Positions 21,811 through 33,591 of a stretch of DNA of 64,000 bases are shown here, piece after piece. The number at the start of each line of letters is the position of its first letter. Position 1 is the stretch's first letter. The notes below the pieces were generated by a model. That model did not search any database and was not told where the DNA came from. It worked only from the letters and a program-made list of their open reading frames with translations. The translations under genes and the position numbers were made by a program. This stretch comes from Spirochaetia bacterium (GTDB taxonomy: Bacteria; Spirochaetota; Spirochaetia; DSM-16054; Sediminispirochaetaceae), in NCBI GenBank assembly GCA_034520965.1, contig JAXHMY010000001.1:704001-768000 (forward strand). The letters are read 5' to 3'.

Positions 21811-22032
21811 ATGAAGAAAGATTGTTCACAAGAGAAAAACGCTCAAAACTGCAATTGTACGTATCCCTGCAGCCGAAAAGGTTTGTGCTGCGAGTGCATC
21901 ACCTACCACCGCCGCATGGCCCAGCTTCCGGCCTGTTATTTTCCGGACGATATCGAAGCAGGATACGACCGCTCGGTCGAGAACTTTATGCGGGTGCTGC
22001 AGGAGAGGGGCCCCGCCTTCCTGCGGGCTTAA
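21811..22032 (+). CDS. Small Cys-rich protein (DUF6485-like)
   Basis: [20 protein letters not shown]...LPACYFP pattern recalled for this family; AAGGGA RBS; start 21805 or 21811. Confidence 0.7.
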   Translation: MKKDCSQEKNAQNCNCTYPCSRKGLCCECITYHRRMAQLPACYFPDDIEAGYDRSVENFMRVLQERGPAFLRA

Positions 22033-22033
22033 A

Positions 22034-22881
22034 GTGCCGGAATTACCGGAAGTCCAAACAGTTGTCGATGACCTTCGAGCCGCCGGGGTAGAGGAGATAC
22101 GATCCACTCGGTACACATTACCTGGGAGAGAACCGTACGGCCCCTCTCGGCCCCACAGTTTGTCAAAGAGGTGAGCGGAGAGCGAATAGAATCGATCGGT
22201 CGCCGGGGCAAATACATTATCTTCGAGTTGGAACACGGGGCTTATCTGCTGACTCACCTTAGAATGACCGGTCAATATCAGCTTAGTCCGCCGGAGAAGG
22301 AAGCCGACCCGCACGTAAGAGTAGAATTTAAATTAGATCAGGAACGTCGACTTCGCTTTCACGATACCCGTAAATTCGGCCAAATTATTTTTACCCGTTG
22401 TCCCGGAGAGATACTGGATAAGCTTGGCCCGGACCCATTTGATCCGAAACTTACTCCGGACAAATTTGCCTCAGCAGTGCATAAGCACTCACGTCAAATC
22501 AAAGCTCTCCTGCTGGACCAGAGCTTTCTGGCCGGACTGGGAAATATCTACTGCGATGAGGCGCTGTTTGCCGCCGGAGTTCATCCCCTGGAAAACAGCC
22601 GCCTGATTGAACCCCGCAAAGCCGAAGCGCTGCTGCTGCAGATACGTACTGTCCTGCGGCAGGGGCTTAGAAACCGGGGTACTTCCCTGGGGGAGGGTGA
22701 GACTAATTATATATCAGGCGGGAAAAGAGGTGAAAACCGCGAAGCTCTGAGGGTGTACGGTTTGAAGGGCCGGCCCTGTCCCCGCTGCGGAACTCCGATA
22801 GAAAAAATCTATGTAGCCCAGCGGGGAAGCTACTTCTGTCCCCGCTGTCAATCCCGTACTCAGGAATCAAGTTCAAAGTAA
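22034..22881 (+). CDS. mutM: Formamidopyrimidine-DNA glycosylase, frameshifted near 22093
   Basis: GTG 22034 gives MPELPEVQTV; the next frame has RRGKY, HLRMTG, GLGNIYCDEALF and the CPRC..CPRCQ zinc finger. Confidence 0.92.
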
Positions 22882-23726
22882 GTACGTCGGTCCCGTATAA
22901 ACTCTCGCAAATCTGTAGGAGCTACTCCGAAAATTCCAGAGAGATTCTCATTTTGGTCGGTCCCCTTCCCGGCTTTCACCGCCCTGTAGATGAGCGACAT
23001 CACTAGGACAAACCCAAGGGGCTCACCCTTTTTAAGCCGATACAGCATAAACGTAAGCAGCCCCGGCTTTTCATAACTAATGGTTCTGCCAAGTTCCTCA
23101 GAAAGTATCCGTGCCACATCATAATAGGAGTAATTTTCCTCTCCGGTAAGCTCGTAAGCGCTGTTATAATGCTGGGCATTTCCAATACAGCGGGCGGCTG
23201 CCTGGGCTATATCATCTACAGCTATGAAATTGGTTTCTCCCTCACCAGCCGGAACCAACAGACGGGATTCATAACGGATTTCCTCGCGATGGGCTGTTAT
23301 GAGATTTTCCATAAAGAAACTCGGTTGTAAAAAGGTATAGGGTATACCGCTTTTCTTTATGTAATGCTCGATTTTATAATGGGGTGTATAAGGCCTCTTC
23401 TCCACACCCTGTAGTGAAAGAAAAAGTATGTGCTGAACATTTTTACGCCGGCAGATATCTATAAAAGGAAAGATTTTCGACTTTACCTTTGTAATCGCAG
23501 GCGGACGCACCAGTACCACCGCTTCTATACCTTCCAAAGCAGATTCGTAGGTACCGGCGTCATCGAAGTCAAAGCGGCGGACTCTGATTTCCGGGTCTTC
23601 AATCAAAAAATTGACTCGTTCAGGATTCCGAGCACCCGCATAGACCTCTAAATCTGATCGGCCTCCAAGAGCCTTGTATACAGCATATCCAAAATTACCG
23701 GTAATTCCGGTGATTAATAAATTCAT
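22860..23726 (-). CDS. NmrA/SDR-family NAD(P)-binding protein
   Basis: LITGITGNFG, HYKIEHYI, FLQPSFFMEN and YELTG motifs. Confidence 0.85.
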   Translation of the reverse strand: MNLLITGITGNFGYAVYKALGGRSDLEVYAGARNPERVNFLIEDPEIRVRRFDFDDAGTYESALEGIEAVVLVRPPAITKVKSKIFPFIDICRRKNVQHILFLSLQGVEKRPYTPHYKIEHYIKKSGIPYTFLQPSFFMENLITAHREEIRYESRLLVPAGEGETNFIAVDDIAQAAARCIGNAQHYNSAYELTGEENYSYYDVARILSEELGRTISYEKPGLLTFMLYRLKKGEPLGFVLVMSLIYRAVKAGKGTDQNENLSGIFGVAPTDLREFIRDRRTYFELDS

Positions 23727-23817
23727 AATGCGATTCCCCCACTCAAGGAGATCATATAATCACAGCAATAAAAAGATCAAGTAGGTCCAGCACATCAAAA
23801 AAGTGCTTGTCCACTTT

Positions 23818-25086
23818 TTATATTTTTCCAATATCCCTTCGATAATAACGCCCTTCAAAGTAGATGTTCTCTAATGCGGCATACGCCTGACGACAGGCTG
23901 AGGTTAAATCTCTATCCACTCCGGTAACCGATAACACCCGTCCTCCACTGGTACAAAGCCGACCGGCACCATTTTCTGTATCTATTTCCTGAGCACCGGC
24001 AATAAAAATTGAAGCGGCTATCGGGAGGTCTATTTGAATCGGCATTCCACTTTTATATTCTCCGGGGTACCCACCGGAGGCAACCACCACACTGCAGGCG
24101 GACCCGTCATAACAGCTCAGTGGAGTTTCACTAAGCTGTCCCAGGGCAAGATCATACAGAAGCTGAGCTAAGTCTTTATTTAAAAGAGGAATGATGGCCT
24201 GTGTCTCCGGGTCGCCGAAGCGCACATTATACTCGAGCAGATACACATCTTCCTCCGTCATCATCAGACCGAAATAGAGAACTCCACGGTAATCAAGGTT
24301 TTCGCTCTTCAGTCCTTTAATAGTTGGGTTTAGAATCGATTCTTCGAACCTGCGCCGATGCGTGTCAGTGTAAAACGGATTGGGAGCGATTGCCCCCATT
24401 CCGCCGGTATTTAGACCGGTATCCTGTTCACCAATGCGCTTATAATCCATAGCGGAAATAAGCGGCAGCACCTGGTTTCCATCCAGCAATACAATAACCG
24501 AAACTTCACGCCCCTGGATAAAGTTCTCGAACAGTACGGTGTGGCCGCTCTCTCCAAGCACCTCATCTATGAATAAAGCATGAAGCTGCGCTTGGGCTTC
24601 GGCCTTCGTTTTATGAATCGTAACTCCCTTGCCGGCGGCTAATCCATCAGCCTTTACTACAACCGGGTATTTTATGGTCTCGAGATACTGAAGCGCCTCT
24701 TGAAACTCACTTTTATGAAAGCGGCGATAGTCGGCAGTTTTAACCCCGTACCGCATCATAAAGTCCTTGGCAAAGGCTTTACTTCCCTCTAAGGCTGCGG
24801 CAGCCTTCCCGGGACCAACGGTCGGTATGCCGGCCTCTCGCAGTATGTCCGCCATACCCATGACCAGGGGCCCCTCAGGACCTATCACGGCTAAATCTAC
24901 CTCATTGTCCACCGCCAGCTGCACCTGCTCTTGAAGCGAAGCAAGGGGATAATTTTTGCACTTAGGAGTACCGGCGGTGCCTCCGTTTCCGGGTGTACAG
25001 AGAATCTTTTCAACCCGCGGGCTTTGCGCAAGCTTCCAGCACAGCGCATGTTCGCGCCCTCCCTCGCCGACAACCATTATCCTCAT
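23818..25086 (-). CDS. purD: Phosphoribosylamine--glycine ligase
   Basis: GGREHAL, PGNGG, KADGLAAGKGV, NTGGMG, EYNVRFGDPETQ and YRRDIG motifs. Confidence 0.96.
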   Translation of the reverse strand: MRIMVVGEGGREHALCWKLAQSPRVEKILCTPGNGGTAGTPKCKNYPLASLQEQVQLAVDNEVDLAVIGPEGPLVMGMADILREAGIPTVGPGKAAAALEGSKAFAKDFMMRYGVKTADYRRFHKSEFQEALQYLETIKYPVVVKADGLAAGKGVTIHKTKAEAQAQLHALFIDEVLGESGHTVLFENFIQGREVSVIVLLDGNQVLPLISAMDYKRIGEQDTGLNTGGMGAIAPNPFYTDTHRRRFEESILNPTIKGLKSENLDYRGVLYFGLMMTEEDVYLLEYNVRFGDPETQAIIPLLNKDLAQLLYDLALGQLSETPLSCYDGSACSVVVASGGYPGEYKSGMPIQIDLPIAASIFIAGAQEIDTENGAGRLCTSGGRVLSVTGVDRDLTSACRQAYAALENIYFEGRYYRRDIGKI

Positions 25087-25698
25087 AGACAATCTCCTTC
25101 CTCAACTCTACTCCAAGAAGCGGCTGCTTGTGTAAGTGCAGCTGCCAACGCAGGACCTTCAATCTGTCCCACTTTATGCTGCAGGCTCTCCGCAGTTTCA
25201 TCCGGTGTCAGGGAAACTTTACGCTGCAGAATTATGGGTCCGCTGTCGATGCCCCGAGTTACCCAGTGAACCGTGCAGCCGCTCTCCTGCTCTTTCGCGG
25301 CGACCACTGCCCGATGTACATGCATACCATACATACCCTTCCCCCCAAATTTGGGCAACAAGGCCGGATGTATATTCAAGATTCGCCCCTCGTATTCTTT
25401 TTAATATACTCCCATCTAGAATAGATAAAAAGCCCGCTAATACAATCAAATCCGCCCGGGGCCAAAGAAAGTTGAGAAGCCGGTCGGAAAAGGTATCTGG
25501 ATCCTTAAAACGATCTATACAGAGGGTCGGCACCTCAACTGCCCAGTCGCTTGTCAGTCCGGGGGCATGGGGTCTGTCGGCCACTACACAGCTTATATCC
25601 ATCTGAGTCTCCTGTCTCTCCTGTGTCTCTCGGGCCGCCTCTAACAGCGGAGGAACAAGACTTCCCCTTCCGGATATACACACTGCTACTCGAAGCAT
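25083..25698 (-). CDS. purN: Phosphoribosylglycinamide formyltransferase, frameshifted near 25385
   Basis: ISGRGS and LIVLAGFLSIL, then NIHPALLPKFGG, SGCTVHWV and DSGPII in a second frame; stop overlaps the purD ATG. Confidence 0.9.
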
Positions 25699-26717
25699 AG
25701 CCCCTCCTGTCGACTTACCCTGCCGATTACACCGGCGGTAATGCCTTCAGCCTCCACGCTTCGGACCACCCTCTCGCTCTGCTCAGGCGCCGCCGCAAGT
25801 ACAAAACCGATGCCCATATTAAAGGTATGGTACATCTCCTCCGGATCAACCCCCAGCTGCTCAAGAAAGTCAAAGACCGGAGGCACCTCCCAGCTTCCCC
25901 GGCGAATGCAGGCACCAAGGGGAGTTGCAGAGCTGCCCCACATACGCGGGACATTTTCATATAAGCCTCCGCCGGTAATATGTGCCATACCGTGCAGCAA
26001 ACCCGCCTGAACCAAGGGCAGCACTGCTCCCGTATAAATACGGGTAGGCGTCAGCAGCTCTTCGATAAGGGGGCGGCCGTGAAAGTCCATCTCTAAATCA
26101 ATCTCATGGGCGCTGAGCAGGGCCCGTACCAGGGAAAATCCGTTGCTGTGCAGCCCCGACGAGGCGAGCCCGATCAGCAAATCCCCCTCTTGAACCCGCG
26201 AACCATCGATCAGCTCGGTGCGTTCGACAATTCCAACCGAAAAACCGGCAATATCAAAGTCACCGCGGCGGTAGGTACCCGGCATCTGAGCAGTCTCGCC
26301 TCCAACTAATGCACAGCCGGCCCGGCGACAGCCTTCGGCCACCCCCTCTACTATCTCGGAGAGTTTCTCGGAGGCAAGATCCGCATAGGCCAGATAATCC
26401 AGGAAAAAGAGGGGCTGCGCACCGTGACATACAATGTCGTTTACACACATGGCCACGCAATCAATGCCCACATTCTTAAAACCCTGCGCCTTTATCGCTA
26501 AATGCAGTTTCGTGCCGACCCCGTCGGTGCCGGACACTAACACGGGGTTCCGGTAATCTCCCAGCTGATACAGGGCTCCGAAGCCTCCGAGTCCTCCGAG
26601 CACTCCCCCCTTTGTGCCCATGCCGCCGGTATTATAGGTGGAGGAGGAATACCCGCGAATCTTCTCGACCAAATCGCGTCCCTTTTGCGCATCCACTCCC
26701 GCATCACTGTATTTCAT
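25686..26717 (-). CDS. purM: AIR synthetase (phosphoribosylformylglycinamidine cyclo-ligase)
   Basis: YSDAGVD, TDGVGTK, GGETAQMP, SSGLHSNGFSL, HITGGG and TFNMGIG motifs. Confidence 0.96.
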   Translation of the reverse strand: MKYSDAGVDAQKGRDLVEKIRGYSSSTYNTGGMGTKGGVLGGLGGFGALYQLGDYRNPVLVSGTDGVGTKLHLAIKAQGFKNVGIDCVAMCVNDIVCHGAQPLFFLDYLAYADLASEKLSEIVEGVAEGCRRAGCALVGGETAQMPGTYRRGDFDIAGFSVGIVERTELIDGSRVQEGDLLIGLASSGLHSNGFSLVRALLSAHEIDLEMDFHGRPLIEELLTPTRIYTGAVLPLVQAGLLHGMAHITGGGLYENVPRMWGSSATPLGACIRRGSWEVPPVFDFLEQLGVDPEEMYHTFNMGIGFVLAAAPEQSERVVRSVEAEGITAGVIGRVSRQEGLCFE

Positions 26718-28293
26718 TATGCACCGCCTCTGTTCCATTCATAGATCCATTTCCATTCATAGATCCATTTCCATTCATAGATCCATTTCCATTCATCGAT
26801 CCATAGGGGGAACCAATCGGTGCACCCACCGGGTACACCCCTGCGAAACAACCGGTACAGAATGAATCCTGACCGCCTAGTGCCGCAGCAAGCCCCTCCC
26901 CGGATAAAAAGGCAAGTGAATCGGCTCCGATATATAAGCGAACCCGCTCTTCATCATGATAGCTGGAGATAAGCTCCTCGCGATAGGGTGTATCGATACC
27001 GAAGTAGCAGGGATAAGCTACAGGAGGGGAGGCAATCCGTACATGCACCTCCGCCGCTCCGACCTCTCTGAGCCGGGCGATCAGCATTTGCATAGTAGTA
27101 CCGCGTACAATCGAGTCGTCTATCAATACCACTCGCTTCCCCCGGACCGCGCCGGTAAGCGGATTTAGTTTTACCCGGACCGTCCGCCGTCGATCATCGC
27201 TGTTGGGTTGGATAAAGGAGCGGCCGGCGTAACGATTTTTTATCAGTGCGATCCCATAGGGAACTCCCGACTCCTCGGAAAAGCCAATCGCCGCGGGAAT
27301 CCCCGAATCCGGGACCGCCGCTACAAAGTCGGCCCTTACCGGTGCCTCCCGGGCCAGCAGTATTCCCGACTTCCGTCGCATCTCATAGACCGATTTTCCA
27401 TCTACCACCGAATCGGGCCTGGCAAAGTAGATGTACTCGAAGGAGCACGTCTGGGTGCGGGTCTTTTCACTGCCCCGCAATGAGTGCAGCCCCTCGGGGT
27501 TTATAACCACAATTTCCCCCGGATCAACATCCCGCAAGAACTCAGCACCCACCGCGTCTAAAGCACAGCTCTCAGAGGCCAGCAGGTATCCGTCTTCCAG
27601 GGTTCCAATGCACAGGGGGCGAATTCCGTTTCGGTCCCGGGCGCCGATAATGGTGTCACTTGTCATCACAATCAAGGCAAAGGAGCCTTGAATCGCCTGG
27701 GTGGCATCCCATACCGCTTCAGCCACTCCTTTCTTTACGGACGTACGGGCAACCAGGTTCAGAATAATCTCTGAATCACTCTCGGTACGAAACACGTTGC
27801 CCGACTCCTCCAACAGCTCGCGAATAATGTCTACATTAGTCAGGTTCCCATTATGAACTACCGAAAGGGGCCCCTGTTTGCTGTGTCCGCTTAAGGGCTG
27901 AGCGTTCACTAAAGTACTGTTACCGGCGGTGGAATAGCGGGTATGGCCAATCCCAATGCTCCCGTCCAGCGTCTCCAGCTTTGCTGAGGAGAAGACCTCT
28001 GAAACCAAGCCCATCCCCTTCTCTAATTTAAAGCTCGATGCCGGCCGGGTCAGACCGTTCGTTGCAATTCCGGCGCTCTCTTGGCCCCGGTGCTGCAGGG
28101 CCAGCAGTCCATAGTAGAGGAGGCGGCCTATCAAAGGCCGCTCCCGCTTTTTCCCATGCTCCTGCTGCACTTCCTGCTGCACCTCCTGCTGCTCTTTCTG
28201 CTCCTCGTCAGCGCTTGTGGGCGGAAACCAGGCGCCGCAGACGCCGCACTCCTCATGGAGCTTGTCATCGTGCAGGACGTTGTCAATCCGCAT
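26704..28293 (-). CDS. purF: Amidophosphoribosyltransferase
   Basis: EECGV propeptide junction, [22 protein letters not shown] and [12 protein letters not shown]; start at ATG 28293. Confidence 0.96.
   Translation of the reverse strand: MRIDNVLHDDKLHEECGVCGAWFPPTSADEEQKEQQEVQQEVQQEHGKKRERPLIGRLLYYGLLALQHRGQESAGIATNGLTRPASSFKLEKGMGLVSEVFSSAKLETLDGSIGIGHTRYSTAGNSTLVNAQPLSGHSKQGPLSVVHNGNLTNVDIIRELLEESGNVFRTESDSEIILNLVARTSVKKGVAEAVWDATQAIQGSFALIVMTSDTIIGARDRNGIRPLCIGTLEDGYLLASESCALDAVGAEFLRDVDPGEIVVINPEGLHSLRGSEKTRTQTCSFEYIYFARPDSVVDGKSVYEMRRKSGILLAREAPVRADFVAAVPDSGIPAAIGFSEESGVPYGIALIKNRYAGRSFIQPNSDDRRRTVRVKLNPLTGAVRGKRVVLIDDSIVRGTTMQMLIARLREVGAAEVHVRIASPPVAYPCYFGIDTPYREELISSYHDEERVRLYIGADSLAFLSGEGLAAALGGQDSFCTGCFAGVYPVGAPIGSPYGSMNGNGSMNGNGSMNGNGSMNGTEAVHNEIQ
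26733..26804. repeat. 18-bp tandem repeat x4 in the purF 3' end, encoding (GSMNGN)n
   Basis: ttccattcatagatccat three times exactly, plus one copy with one mismatch. Confidence 0.95.
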
Positions 28294-29035
28294 AGGAAGC
28301 CTTCTCCAGCCGTCCGAGGATCTCGTGGTACGCATCTTCCACCTTGCCCAGATCACGTCGAAAGCGGTCTTTATCCAGCTTCTCGCCGGTTACTGAATCC
28401 CAGAAGCGGCAGGTGTCCGGAGATATTTCATCGGCCAGCACTATTTCTTCAGCGGCAGCGGCGCTGGAAGCGGCGGCCCAGCCGAACTCGAGCTTAAAGT
28501 CTATCAGCCGGATCCCCTGGGCAAGGAAAAAGGGCGTCAGAACCCCGTTAATCTGTTTGGCGTACCTGTATATTACTTCGAGGTCCTCCCACGAAGCCAG
28601 ACCAAGGGCTACCGCATGGTAATCGTTCATGGGCGGATCGCCCAGGTCGTCATTTTTATAGGTCAGCTCGTAGACCGGCTCGCTTAGCTCGGTTCCCTCG
28701 GCGACCCCAAAGCGCTTGGCCATACTGCCGGCGGTTACGTTGCGGATAATCACCTCAAGGGGGATGATCCTGGTTTTCCGGCAAAGCTGGTCCCGGGGGC
28801 CGGTTTTCTCGATAAAATGGGTTTTCACCCCCTCCCGCTCGAGCAGCTGAAAGATCATCGCCGAAATAGAGTTGTTCATCTCTCCCTTTCCGCTGATACT
28901 GCCCTTCTTTTCGCCGTTAAAGGCCGTCGCATCGTCCTTGTAGTGCATCAGCACCCGCTGCTCATCCTCGACGGCAAACAACTGTTTGGCCTTGCCCTCG
29001 TATAACATCTCTCCTAACGTTTCTCCCTGTTTCAT
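28283..29035 (-). CDS. purC: SAICAR synthetase
   Basis: [40 protein letters not shown] and [10 protein letters not shown] motifs. Confidence 0.97.
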   Translation of the reverse strand: MKQGETLGEMLYEGKAKQLFAVEDEQRVLMHYKDDATAFNGEKKGSISGKGEMNNSISAMIFQLLEREGVKTHFIEKTGPRDQLCRKTRIIPLEVIIRNVTAGSMAKRFGVAEGTELSEPVYELTYKNDDLGDPPMNDYHAVALGLASWEDLEVIYRYAKQINGVLTPFFLAQGIRLIDFKLEFGWAAASSAAAAEEIVLADEISPDTCRFWDSVTGEKLDKDRFRRDLGKVEDAYHEILGRLEKASYAD

Positions 29036-29538
29036 TCAAATACCTCCCGGTTTTGTGGTTCCTTTAGTAGTGCCGCCGCCCGTTCCCGGCGCAGCCGCTG
29101 CAGTTTTTCCTCTAATTCTCCAGTGCCCTCAGGCTGACCTTCCGACTGCCCAGCCGCCAGCATCTGCACCGCAAGCAGCCCGGCGTTGTAACTGTTATTC
29201 ACTCCCACCGTGGCCACCGGCACTCCCTTCGGCATCTGCACTATCGACAACAGAGCATCCAGGCCGTCAAAGGCGGCCCTGATCGGCACTCCGATCACCG
29301 GCTTTACCGTGTGCGAGGCAATCACCCCCGGCAGATGCGCCGCCAGCCCCGCCCCGGCGATAAACACCCCGCTACCGCCCTGCACCTGCCCCTCGACATA
29401 GGCCTTCAACTCTTCGGGCATCCGGTGGGCCGACAAAATCCGCGCCTCCCACTCCACCCCGCAGACATCCAGCGCCTCGGCGGCCCCCTTCATAACCCGG
29501 GCATCCGAAGAACTTCCCAAGACAATCGTCACATGCAT
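29032..29538 (-). CDS. purE: N5-CAIR mutase
   Basis: [22 protein letters not shown] and [14 protein letters not shown] motifs. Confidence 0.96.
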   Translation of the reverse strand: MHVTIVLGSSSDARVMKGAAEALDVCGVEWEARILSAHRMPEELKAYVEGQVQGGSGVFIAGAGLAAHLPGVIASHTVKPVIGVPIRAAFDGLDALLSIVQMPKGVPVATVGVNNSYNAGLLAVQMLAAGQSEGQPEGTGELEEKLQRLRRERAAALLKEPQNREVFE

Positions 29539-29548
29539 CCTTCACCTC

Positions 29549-32500
29549 TCATAAAAAATACTCTACCCCGGCCCGGAAGAGCCCCTGGTCCTTCCGTCCG
29601 GGAACATTAATCGCCACTCCCTCACCGATTCGCTCGGAATGGCCCATTTTACCCAGCACCCGCCCGTCGGGACTGCTGATTCCCTCAATCGCCGCCATCG
29701 AGCCGTTGGGGTTGTCCGGAAACTCCAGGGTGGGCGTACCATCGGCATCACAGTATTGAAAGACCACCTGACCCCGACTGAATAATGTTTCAATTTCTTT
29801 TTTGGGGAAAAGTAGCGTCCCTCCCCATGGCTGACCGGCAGGGTATGGACATCCCCCACCGAGAGGGCCCTGAGCCAGGGTGAGCGCTGGGAAACTGTCA
29901 CCGTTTTCACCTGACGGGATACATGCCGGCCCACTGAGTTGGGCGCCAGCGTAGGCATCTGCGGCGAGGGGCTGCGGTAATCCCCATAGGGCAGCAGCCC
30001 CGTCCGCAGCAGCGCCTGAAAGCCGTTGCAGATACCCAGAACCAGGCCGTCCCGCCGCTCCAACAGCTCCGTCACCGCCTCCATTACCGCGGGGCTGCGC
30101 AGCACCGCCGCAATGTACTTTCCCGCCCCGGCCGGCTCGTCGCCGGCGCTAAAGCCACCGGGAAGCATCAGAATCTGGGCCTGCCGAATCCGGCGGGCCA
30201 GCTGCTCAATCGACTCCTCAACCTGGGGCAGCTGCTTGTTCCGAAACAGCAGCAGCTCCGTCTGTGCCCCGGCGGACTGAAACCGGTCAGCCGACTCATC
30301 CTCGCAGTTGGTTCCAGGAAAGACCGGCAGCAGCACCCGGGGCAGCCCAATCCGGCCCCCCGCCCTGAGCCGAGGGCGGGGCCGGGGGCGCTCCTGCGAA
30401 GCGTGGAGGCCACCACGCTTCCTAGAAGCCGGTCCCTCCGCCGGCTCGGCATGCATGGGAAACACATCGGCCAGGGGTTCCTGCCAGGCCCGCAGGAGTT
30501 CATCCAGAGGGTAGCCGTCCAGCACAGGCTCCGCTGTCGTCCGGCCAAGCCGCTGCAGGCACAGCCCTTCCGGCGTCTGCGGGAGGGTTGTGGATGACTT
30601 GAGTTCCAGCACAAAGGAGCCGTAGCGGGCCTCCCGGGACAACTCGCCCTCGAACCGAGCGCCGATAAAATTGCCAAAGGCCATCTCGCTTACCGCCGCT
30701 GCTATCCCGCCCTGGCGAATACTCCGGCAGGCTGTCACAATCCCCTCGCGAATCAGGCGGTGCAGATACTCAAGACCTCGGCGCAGCGCCGGCAGTGCAA
30801 CTATCTGCTCGGCCCCCGGCCGGCCGTCCATTTCAACCTGCAGCAGCAGCAGCTCGCGGCCGGGGGCCTTAAACTCCGGAGATATCACATTTTTCAGCTC
30901 TCCGGCGGCCACGGCAAAGGCAGCCAGAGTGGGCGGAACACTAAGCTCTTCAAAACTGCCGGACATGCTGTCCTTCCCGCCGACCGCTGGGGTACCCAGC
31001 TCGATCTGTGCCCGGTAGGCCCCTAACAAGGCGGCAAAGGGCCTGCCCCATTTGTACGGATCCCCGCCCAGGCGCTCAAAATACTCCTGCAGCGACAGAC
31101 GTACCCGCGCCGGGTCGGCGCCGGCGGCAGTTATCCGACAGACCGCCTCCACCACCGCATTGATGCCCCCAAGGTAGGGGCTGCGGGCGGCGGTATCGGG
31201 ATTGTACCCGGCCGCCATAAAGCTGACCGTCGAGGTGGCCCCGCCGGGCACGGGCAACTTGGCAACCATCGCTTCTGTGGGTGTCAGCCCGCGGGCGCCG
31301 CCAAAGGGCAGCAGCACGCTGCGTGCCCCGATGGTCGAGTCGAACTGCTCCGCAAGCCCCTGCTGACCGGCACAGTTGAGCTCGCGAAACAGCTCTATCC
31401 AGCCCCGGTTGCCGGAGGGGGGTGCGGCGGCGGTCGCTGCAGGCTGAGGCGCAGCCGGAGGAGCCGAAATACACACTTTTGCATGCCGGGGCGCGCCGCT
31501 GCTGTCCAGAAACTCGCGGCTGAGGTCTACGATAGCCTCTCCCCGCCAGTACATCCGCAGCCGCCCATGGCTTCGCACCACGGCTATCTCCGTCGCAGTA
31601 AGGTTCTCCCGGGCAGCCGCTTCGATCAGCCGGTCCCGGTGGGCCGGGTCGGCCACAATCGCCATCCTTTCCTGGGACTCGGAAATGGCCAACTCGATGC
31701 CGTCCAGACCGGCATATTTTTTCGGCACCCTATCCAGATCGATATCCAGGCCCTCGGCCAGCTCGCCCACCGCCACCGCTATCCCGCCGGCGCCGAAGTC
31801 GTTGCTCCGTTTGATGCAATCGGCCACCTCCGGCCGCCGGAAGTAGCGCTGCAGGGCCCGCTCCTCCGGAGGATTCCCCTTCTGCACCTCCGCGGCCGCA
31901 GTCCGTACCGACTCGCTGCTGTGCCCCTTGGACGAACCGGTGGCCCCGCCGATTCCGTCGCGGCCGGTGGCTCCCCCAACCAGCAACACGATGTCACCGG
32001 GCTGCGGCCGCTCCCGCCTAACCTGCGCCAGAGGCACGGCTCCGATTACCGCTCCCACTTCCATCCGCTTGGCCTCGAAACCGGGGTGATAACACTCCCG
32101 CACATAGCCGGTGGCAAGTCCAACCTGGTTGCCGTAGGAGCTGTAGCCCCGGGCCGCCTCGCTGGTGATAATACGCTGGGGCAGTTTGCCCGGTCGAGTC
32201 TCCGAGAGGGGCCGGCGCGGGTCGCCGCTGCCGGTCAGGCGCATCGCCTGGTACACATAAGCCCGCCCAGACAGAGGGTCGCGGATGGCCCCTCCCAAGC
32301 AGGTAGCCGCGCCGCCGAAGGGCTCGATTTCAGTGGGGTGGTTATGAGTCTCGTTCTTGAACATCAGCAGCCAGTCGGCGTCTCCGTCGGCTGTATCGAC
32401 CCGTATGTGCAGGCTGGCGGCGTTTACCTCTTCGGAAAGCTCGAGGTCCTCCAGCCTCCCCTCCCGGCGCAACTCCCGCATCCCCGCCAGAGCAAGGTCC

Positions 32501-33339
32501 ATCAGGGTACACGGCCCGTTGCCGTGGGCCCGGCGAAACAGCTGGTACGTTTCGGCCAGGTGGGGCTGCTGCGGGGCGGCCTCTATTTCAACTGAATCGA
32601 TGCTAGTGGTAAAGGTGGTATGACGGCAGTGGTCGGACCGGTGGGTGTCCAACACCCGCAGCTCGGCCATGCTCGGGTCGCGCTGCTCATCCCGGCCAAA
32701 GTAGCGCTGCAGCAGCTCCAGGTCGGGCAGCAGCATGGCAAGCCCCAGCCTGAGCTGCAGATGTTCAAGTTCCGGGGGGGACAGCTTTCTAAATCCGGGC
32801 AGCTGCTGCACCAACGCCGGTTCTGAAAGGGGGAACTCCAGCACTTCCGGAAGAGCATCGCCGGCTGATCTCGACTCTACCGGGTTGACCAGATAAGTTC
32901 GGATAGCCTCCGGGGTTTGGCTTGTTCGCCCAATCCCATAAAAAAGATATACCCGAGCGGTTTTTACCGGGGCGTAGGACCGGTCGAGTACAAGACTGAC
33001 CGCCTGCGAGGCAGCTTCCGCGCGGGCGTCGTATTGGCCGGGCAGGTACTCGACGGCCAGGTGGGCGTCGGCGGAGGGGAGCTCCCGGTTGGCAAACTCG
33101 GTGGCGGAGAATACCCGTTCGGAGGCAGGGTCGGAGAAGACCTGGTCGCGAACCCTGGCGAAGGCTTCGGTGCCGGGGTGATAAAAGTCGTAGCGCTGGA
33201 GGATGCGTACCTTTTCCAGGGCTGTAATGCCCAGGCGGCGGCGGAGGGTGTGCTGCAGGGCCTGAGCCTCGCCGTCGAGACCGGGAAGTTTTTCTACATA
33301 CAGTCGGGTTACTGGCGCCGTTGGAATTGGCTGATCCAC
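29549..33339 (-). CDS. purL: Large single-chain (clostridial-type) FGAM synthase, frameshifted near 29800
   Basis: SDHCRH, KNETHNHPTEIEPFGGAAT, GGKDSMSG, FPGTNCE, GICNGFQ and SHGEG; C-terminal NPNGS..GKMGHSER in a second frame after a T7G4 run. Confidence 0.95.
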
Positions 33340-33591
33340 CTATACTCCTCTTCGCACTCTTCGAGCTGCCTGTGTGAGGCTCCCCGTTGCCGCGTGTGCA
33401 GAATAAAATAACTATGTGATGGATTGTGAATGAGATTGAAAGTAGAATGAGCTTCCATGTAGAACCATTACATATTGGAGTTTACTTGTCAATACCTATA
33501 ATTATTATTCTATTCTGGTCGCTCATTCCGGAACCCTTTCCGGTTGCGATTTCCGGGGTCTTGCCCTTATACTTAAAGAAAAGGAGCTCCC

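Noticed and set aside
26733..26804. 18-bp repeats as a CRISPR array
   Set aside because: Head-to-tail with no spacers, in frame within purF, and no cas genes in the window
31483..32595. 370-aa plus-strand ORF and many other antisense ORFs in the track
   Set aside because: Shadows of real genes, favoured by high GC; no motifs or RBS
33340..33591. Purine or ZTP riboswitch ahead of purL
   Set aside because: Conserved aptamer motifs not recognisable by eye
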